Positions 51,440 through 64,000 of a stretch of 64,000 bases of DNA are shown piece by piece. Under the pieces are notes generated by a model. It saw nothing but the letters and a program-made list of their open reading frames with translations. It was not told the DNA's origin and ran no database searches. Both the position numbers and the translations under genes were made by a program. Positions within the stretch are counted from its first letter, which is position 1. Each line of letters begins with the position of its first letter. The stretch is taken from contig OZ024743.1 in NCBI GenBank assembly GCA_964016885.1, forward strand, positions 144,460,001-144,524,000. The letters run 5' to 3'. The DNA comes from Eledone cirrhosa. Lineage: Eukaryota.

Positions 51440-54246
51440 CTATATATATTTGGTGTATGGAATAGCAGACGATCATAACGTTTATAACATTCCATCTCTC
51501 ATTTATTTCAAACATACATTTATTTCATATATATATGAATACATATATATATATATATATTTTTTGTTTTAACATATATTTATTTCTAAGATTTCACCGT
51601 AGAGATAACATATATTTATACATACATGACAGAAAGTGAACATGGGACGCAGAAAACATTTCTCATCTAAATCTCAACGCATGGCAGCAGACGCACAACG
51701 ACAAATAGAGATGGGGTCAATCCAATCAAACAATAATCGCTCTACAACATGCCAACAAATTTCTACAAATATAATTCAGTTAACACACCAACAACAACTT
51801 GCAACAAATACACCAAACGTTCAGAGAGGAAGGAGCAGGTCAATTGAAGGTCTGGCAAAGAATCCTACAGATGAACCTTTCCAAGAGCAAACTGTTCTTT
51901 CCATAATGCCACAACATAATGAAGGGAGTCTCTTTGCCTTTGTTTGTCCACACTGCAAAGCTTATCGCTGGCCACATGAACCCAAATCTCTGTGCAGCTT
52001 CCAGGGAAAAGTGAAACTCCCTCAACTTCCTCTTCCTCCACCAAATATACTGAAATATTTCGATATCACTCAAGCAGGGAATTCTTTTCTTCATAAGATA
52101 CGGGCATATAACAATGTGCTTGCCTTAGCTTCAATTGGTTGCAAAGAGATTAAAGTACCAGGATTTAGTCCTACATTTAAGATCCAAGGTAAGATTTGTC
52201 ATATTACTGGATCACTACTTCCAAGTGATGCTTCACCCAAGTTTGCACAGCTTTACTTCTATGAGCTTCAGAATTACTTGCATCATGGTTATTTAGATGC
52301 TGCTGTCCTGCATGACCTACAAGACCTACAAGAAGACTTGCACTACTGTAACACCTATATACAAAGCTTCAAGGCAGTCATTGAAATGCCAGTCTCTGAA
52401 AATGTGAATATATCCTACATGCTGACAAAGTAAAACCCACTAATTTTCATTGACACACATATAATCTCCCCATGGCATCCGAGATTGCTGTTATTCAACC
52501 TGAAACAGCATTAGGTCTTTTGGATGTCATCATTCATAAAAGAGATGGTGGTCTTCAGAGGATTAATCAGTTGCACCGTTCTTATGATCTGCATTATGTG
52601 CTACTGTTTCCTTGGGGGAACGATGGGTTTTAGGTTGGTTTGAAAAGGATTGACAACAACCATAAACTCACACCCACTGATTTCTACTGTTATCGGTTTC
52701 AGGTTAGGCAAGGTGACTGTAACATTATCATGAAGAGCAGGCGGCTGATGCAGCAATATGCTGGGAAAAAATAGAACATTGTCGCAACAATCAAACCATG
52801 ATACGAGCTGAAAAGTATGAGGGTTTGTATGATGCTGTGGCTGAAGGAGATTCAGTAAATGCAGGCCGGAGAATTGTGCTTCCTCCTTCAATCTATGGTT
52901 CCCCTCGCTTCTACAGTGAGTGATTTCAGAATTCGATGGATGTGGTTCGACACATGGGAAAGCCATCTTATTTCATCACGGTAACAACTAACCCTAACTG
53001 GGATGAAATAAAAAATATTTTTCACCCTCGTGAATAACCTAGAGACCGTCCTGATATTTGTGCAAGAGTCTTCAAGATCAAGTATGACAGCCTCATGGAT
53101 GACATACTGAAAGAAAATCTCCTAGGAAAAGTTGTGGCTGATTCTGCTACAATAGAGTAGCAGAAACTACAGAAACCCACTATGGCTTGCATTATCACTC
53201 CAACAAATGATGCAGCAAGATTGGTGAATGAGTTCATGGTCAACAAGTTCCCTAGTCATGAAATAATCTACAGAAGCTCTGATACAGTAGATAATGAACT
53301 GCAATATCCAATTGAGCTCATCAACAAACTTACCCCATCAGGCTTCCCAACATACTTAAACTGAAGAAAGGCAGTTGCATCATGCTTCTGAGAAATCTGG
53401 ATCCTCTAAACGGGCATTGCAATAGTACACACTACATCACCATCAGTTTACATAATCATGTAATTGAAGCTGAAGTGGCATTGGGACCCAATGCTGGAAC
53501 CAGGTTGCTAATCCCACGGATACCACATGTATCTCAAGAGCTTGAGTTCCCTTTCACCTTTACTTGCAAGCAATTTCCTGTCAAACCAGCCTTTGCCCTT
53601 ACATGCAACAAGGCACAAGGGCAGACATTTGAAAAGATAGGTGTATATCTACCAACACAATTCTTCTCACATGGTCAGATGTATGTTACATTATCACGAG
53701 TTACAAAAAAAGAAATATAAAAATATTAAATGAAAGGGGTCTGTTTGCTGACAACTGTGTCTACAGAGAAATTCTACAGTGATATGAAACAGCTATCACT
53801 CTCTTTTAGTTGAAATGCATTTCATTTTCTTTTTAACTGCTAGAAAAGGGACACTACAAAAACTTAAGAAGTCTATATGTGAATACAGTAAAACAACATT
53901 ATAGCGAAGGTCAACTCTTCATATTGGTAAATGCAATTCATTCATTCATACCAGCAGCATCTATTTTCAAATTCACTGCTTGAAGTTTCCCATCGACATT
54001 CTCAACTGAAGATTCATTACATTTTCCGTCAACAGTTTCATCGCTTTACCAGCTCCATTATCACCTTTTTTATGTATCATGGATTGCTTTACTGATTACA
54101 GAAGTAAATGTAACACAGTCTTTGTTCAGTTTATGTACATATTGTCAATTTACGTATCATATCTATGTGCATATATATTTACTTATATCAATATGCACAC
54201 TATATATACTAGCAGAAAACCAGCACGAGGGCGGTTCTTCTGCTAG
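51440..54246 (+). mobile_element. Decayed, internally deleted autonomous Helitron (RepHel pseudogene)
   Basis: CPHCKAYRW..GKVKLP, IRAYNNVLA, PKFAQLYF; Rep GKPSYFITVTTNPNW, DRPDICARVF; Pif1 helicase MLLRNLD..QFPVKPAFALTCNKAQGQT..FSHGQMYVTLSRV; CTAG/T at 54243-54247; 5' end uncertain. Confidence 0.9.
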
Positions 54247-54989
54247 TATGTATAATATGCACAAATTAAATTTCTTTCATATTTCTAGTCATTAATTACT
54301 TAAAGATTTTTTAAAGAATTTTATTTCAGAGGAGAAAATATGGTTTCGGTTATATAGAATATAATGAAGGGCGTTACGAGATATTTACATAAATAGGTAT
54401 TCAGTGCTATAATTAAAAATGTATACATATAATGAAAAAGCAATCTCACAAGCCTGCACCGTTTCAACAAAACCTAAGATTATATCGCGGAAAGCATTAA
54501 TAAAATGTAACAGCTAAAATGAGTAATTATCGTTATATACAAGTGTTATGCACAAGTTCTTCAAATAAATGAAGTAGTGAAAGCGTGTTATCCCATACAT
54601 CGAAATTTATACAGGTATACAAAGACAAAAATTACGTGAACAAAAGCTTAAGACGACAGAATATATGTAGTCTCCAGAAGTTAATAATCAAAAGAAGTTT
54701 TAGATGGCCAGCATTCTATTACTGAAAATGTGGTGAATTCACCCTGTTGAAGATGCTCTAAATAAATCCAAACACTTACATTATAGAAATACATATTTAT
54801 CATTTATCATATAATACAATGGTCTCAGAAAATGCTTCCGAACGTTTAACGAATGCACAATCGTGGTATTCGGTAGGAATTATTCAATAAGCAATATATT
54901 CTAGATATTTCTGTATGCTTAAAACCTGTCTGTTATGAGTGATTGCCAGATGATTCATGGTTTCAGAACTGCAACTGGAATTAATAAGA

Positions 54990-58915
<3,926 letters not shown>

Positions 58916-58926
58916 CTATATATATT

Positions 58927-59253
58927 TAAGGCCCCACTCGGTCACGAATGACTATGGTTTTGCACCTAGAAAGTTTCCCTCCGAGGCACAAGCTTGGGTA
59001 AGGTTTGTTTTGTGGAAGACCAGCAGTCACCCATGTATACCAGTCTCCCCTCTCCACGCCACCGATGTTGTCCAAGGGAAAGGCAATGGCCGATACAGCT
59101 TGGCACCAGTGACGTCGCAACTCATTTCTACAGCTGAGTAAACTGGAGCAACGTGAAATAAAGTGTCTTGCTCAAAGACATAACGCATCACCCGGTCCGA
59201 GAATCGAGCTCACAACCTCTCAATTGCAAGCCCAATGCTCTAACCACTAAGCC
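58927..59253 (-). mobile_element. tRNA-derived CORE-type SINE (second family)
   Basis: ggcttagtggttagagc A box, gctcgattc B box, tctttgagcaagacacttta CORE-like motif. Confidence 0.85.
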
Positions 59254-59804
59254 TTGTATGTAATATATTAGATTATATATTGAATTTCATTTATTGAGGA
59301 TGTTATTTTCTTCCATAATTTAGATAAAATATTGAACTACATTGGAATGAAGGTTATAATATTGTTTTCTATTTCTGAATTTTGATCTAACCATTAAATT
59401 TCAATTTTAGATATGATCATAAATCTGTTAATATCATGGTGAAATGTATTGATTTCGTGTGGTTTACTGTTTAAGCTTTGTTTATTTAATTTTTGTAAAT
59501 TTTAAATTGATTAAATGCTTGCTATATGGTTATAAAGTAACACATACCACCAGGTAAGATTTAAATACTTATCGAAATATTTCATATATTCCTATGTCAA
59601 AATATATTTGATTGTATATGTGTTTTTGTATGTCAACACGTGTGTGTACGTATTACCTTAAATTAATCTTTAGATTTATGAAAATATATATTTGGACATG
59701 TGGGATTCAGACTCGTGGGTGTCTTTATTTTCATAGATCATTCTTCATATGTGAATATTTGCTGGTAATTGTAATTATTATTATTATTATTATCTATCTC
59801 TATG

Positions 59805-59999
59805 AGGGCGTGGATTGGCAGTATCGGTAGAGGGTCGGACGCCATGCTTTGCAGCATAGAATTACGTCCCTTTATGATCTGAGTTCAAATCCCGCCGAGG
59901 ATAACTTTGCCTTTCATCCTTGCGGGGTCGATAAAATAAAGTACCAGTAATGTATTGGATAGTTGCTGGCCTTGTGCCTAAAATAGAAACAATTATTAT
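59805..59999 (+). mobile_element. SINE, same family as 9291-9470
   Basis: Full head, domain and (ATT)n tail. Confidence 0.9.
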
Positions 60000-60676
60000 T
60001 TATCTCTATGTTATTCTATGTTCGTGAATAAAAGACTTGACATATAAGTGTTTGTATGTAGATGTATATTTTAGGATATATTTAACACCTGTTACACATT
60101 AGTATTAGCAAAATGTATAATATTAGTTAGATTATTGTTACTAGCGTGCAGATATTTAACTTGGTTTTATTATCATATGTTCAATTCTTGCGTGTACATC
60201 TTAATGCTTACATTTAAATGTATTTGTGTGTCTATGCAAGCGTGTCTGTATGTGTGTGGACTTGTGTGCATTTATTTGTGATACATATATGTTATGAGAT
60301 TTGGCATGTGGTTTTTCCTTATAATATCTTAATCCATTGGCACAAAACAAGTTAGCACACAAATAAGCATGCTCTAATAAATTCATGTATATGTTTGTAC
60401 GCGTTTGTGTATGTAGAAAGACAAACAAGCACACACAGACACGCGCTCACACACACACGTGACCACACACACGCGACCACACACACACACACGCGCTCAT
60501 ACATAAACACGCACTCACACACACATACATATATATATATACATACACATACATACACACACGCGCGCGCGCACGCACACGCGCGCGCGCGCACACACAC
60601 ACACACACCACACAAATATATATATAATGCCGAATGTTAGAGCTATTGTCACTTTTGATTAGTTCGAAGACTAATC

Positions 60677-60707
60677 ATGACGCCAATCTACATTCTCTCA
60701 CTGTTTG
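60677..60707 (+). CDS. Paralog exon 1: MTPIYILSLF
   Basis: ATG at 60677, /gtaagt donor. Confidence 0.8.
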
Positions 60708-60928
60708 GTAAGTAATTTTGAACCAAAATATAATAAAACGAAAACAAAAACAGACAAAAAAAAAATAATAATAATAAATAAATAAATAATAAAAATAAAA
60801 TTATACTCAGTGAATTAAACATTCGAACATAAATGACCAGCTAAACATATTGTATTTTGACTTCATTTATAAAAGTATATTTTAAAACTTGTGTTTTATT
60901 CTGAAAAATATTTACTTTTATATTGCAG

Positions 60929-60970
60929 GACTTTGTTCATTTGTCAAACTAGTATCATTACAACCAGTTG
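60929..60970 (+). CDS. Paralog exon 2 (42 nt): GLCSFVKLVSLQPV
   Basis: ttgcag/ and /gtaagt; frame-preserving 3-nt difference from the minus copy. Confidence 0.8.
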
Positions 60971-61227
60971 GTAAGTATGTCACTTTACATGAATAATATT
61001 TTTTTACAATTGACTTATATGACTAGATTGAATAATTTACATGCTTTGTTCGATCTATTATAGTTATATATCCTCTATTTCGTATTCTGTAATATTTTTA
61101 TTGAGGGAAATGATTGTCCGTCATAGAAGATCGTTTTGCAACAAGACTGTTTCCGGTTTGATCCCACGGTGCAATGTACTAGGATCAAACAGAGAGAGAG
61201 ATGTGTGAATATATATATATATATATA

Positions 61228-61678
<451 letters not shown>

Positions 61679-61767
61679 CCAAAGATTAATATGGTTCATT
61701 GATTACTCAATGAATATAGTTTTACAATAGATTAAAAGCACTCTACAGTGAAGTTTTCTGGAGTTAT

Positions 61768-62137
61768 TATTATTCAGAATAATAATAAATGAAGACATTC
61801 ACATAATCAAAATATATGTTTTATTATATATATTTCGAAGGTACTGTGCTGTTTTTTCAGTACGCCCTCGTCAGATAAAATACATGAATTGATGTATGAC
61901 ATACCTCAACGGTCTTGATTGTTCAATTTCAGTAATGGCAGTCAATTGTTCAATTCCAGTATTGACTGCCAATACAGGAATTGAACAATCAAGACCGTTA
62001 AGGTATGTCATACATCAATTCATGTATTTTATCTGACGATGACGTACTGCAAAAACAGCACAGTACCTTCGAAATATATATAATAAAACATATTTTGATT
62101 ATGTGAATGTCTTCATTTATTATTATTCTGAATAATA
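61768..62137. mobile_element. 370-bp palindrome with a hammerhead on each arm (61819-61880 minus, 62027-62088 plus)
   Basis: ttttat CTGACGA ..gtactg...cagtac.. GAAA tatata TA ataaaa. Confidence 0.85.
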
Positions 62138-62256
62138 TATATATATATATATAAGAGAGTGAGTCCTTGGTTCAACCGGGGGTACCCACAGTATGTAAGG
62201 TACTCAATTCATTAGTAGAATGTAAACAACAAATATCACTGTATTTCAAGGCCAGT

Positions 62257-62310
62257 TGGTTTTCCTGATGATTTCCTTCGAATGAAACAGTTCTAGTCCT
62301 GTAGAAGCCA
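62257..62310 (+). ncRNA. Type I hammerhead in a 165-bp insert between TA runs
   Basis: tggttttc CTGATGA tttccttcgaat GAAA cag..ctg TA gaagcca. Confidence 0.75.
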
Positions 62311-62312
62311 TT

Positions 62313-62403
<91 letters not shown>

Positions 62404-62470
62404 AAATTAAGATGATGGATAAGGTTCTTAGATAATTTAATTTATTATATATAAACGTGTTATATGTTTT

Positions 62471-63269
<799 letters not shown>

Positions 63270-63270
<1 letters not shown>

Positions 63271-64000
63271 ACTCACCGTGTGCTGAGGGTGCTGCTGTAC
63301 TCCACCTCCGAATGCAGGAATCGATGCCTCATCAGGCGGTAAAGTGTTTCGACCCTTTCCATTGCGTCAGCAGAGCTACCTAAGGCCACCTAGCGATGTA
63401 GGCGACGAAATTCCTGCACAACTTAACAGGAAACAGGCGAAATATCCTGTGAGATTCGCCGGCCTAGGTCTCCGATCCACTCTTGACTTGACACTATCGG
63501 CTGTTCTTTCCTTAATCTCCCCCAGCCGCAACCTCATCGACGAGTTCCTCTGCAAGGTGACAGAATCTGACGCGACCCGGGAACTGGAATCAGCTCTGGA
63601 TGATTGGACCGACGAAAGCCTTGTCGTCCCCCCCGTGTGCCATTGTCCAACGTAACTGGGATGATGTCAAATGCATGTCCACCTTCTGGCGGATTGAGTC
63701 TTCTTCGGACAAAAAAACCGTGTCGTTTGCCTACGCTTTGCCTCGCACTCAAACAGTAGAGCTTGTCTCCATTCGGGGGCCTTCCTCATCAACCAGTACC
63801 CTTGTCGATAATGAGTGCACCCGCATTGGAGTTGCACAACACCTCGACCTCCGTATGTGCGAGCCACATTGATGCTGTTGTGGAGCAGTGGTCGACGAGT
63901 TCGGTCTGCACTCATTATCTTACCGCCTTAGTGCAGGCCTGTTTCCCCGTCACGCTGTTCTGAACGATATCATCAGAAGGAGCATCGACACAAACAGTTC
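63270..64000 (+). mobile_element. Degraded CRE-like (restriction-like endonuclease class) non-LTR retrotransposon fragment
   Basis: QAKYPVRFAGLGLRS, QRNWD, RIGVAQHLDL..CCCGAVVDEFGLHSL..RHAVLNDIIRR; starts right after (TA)n. Confidence 0.7.

Larger units (their letters stand above)
60023..61215. repeat. Inverted duplicate of 8555-9770 (promoter plus first two exons)
   Basis: Long collinear reverse-complement matches including introns. Confidence 0.95.

Noticed and set aside
59170-59253. tRNA gene
   Set aside because: SINE head continuing into a CORE-like domain; no acceptor stem or terminator

Overview
Eukaryotic, microsatellite- and transposon-dense animal genomic DNA, not prokaryotic. The repeat content suggests a mollusc, probably an octopus-like cephalopod (inference). 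Two paralogous genes for a secreted protein sit head-to-head about 51 kb apart, in an inverted duplication (8555-9770 vs 60023-61215) that carries TATA+Inr and two signal-peptide micro-exons. The minus-strand copy continues into a VWA-domain exon whose MIDAS motif has been cut by an RTE LINE. Between the genes lie: (i) a 30-kb head-to-tail, single-strand array of six Tx1-like L1-clade retrotransposons from divergent families, inserted in (AAT)n or (GATA)n microsatellites and sharing conserved cis-motifs (5'UTR hairpin, a perfect AG/GTAAGT at the ORF1 end, 3'UTR stem-loop); (ii) Penelope-like elements, including one near-intact Naiad-type copy; (iii) Helitrons, a small LTR element and tRNA-derived SINEs. 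About a dozen type I hammerhead ribozyme motifs can be read directly from the sequence. They include a non-canonical CAGAAGA-core family and a 485-nt non-coding retrozyme-like unit (62613-63186) whose 5' end coincides with its own predicted self-cleavage site. All calls were made by eye and from memory of family motifs; no database search was run and element boundaries are approximate.
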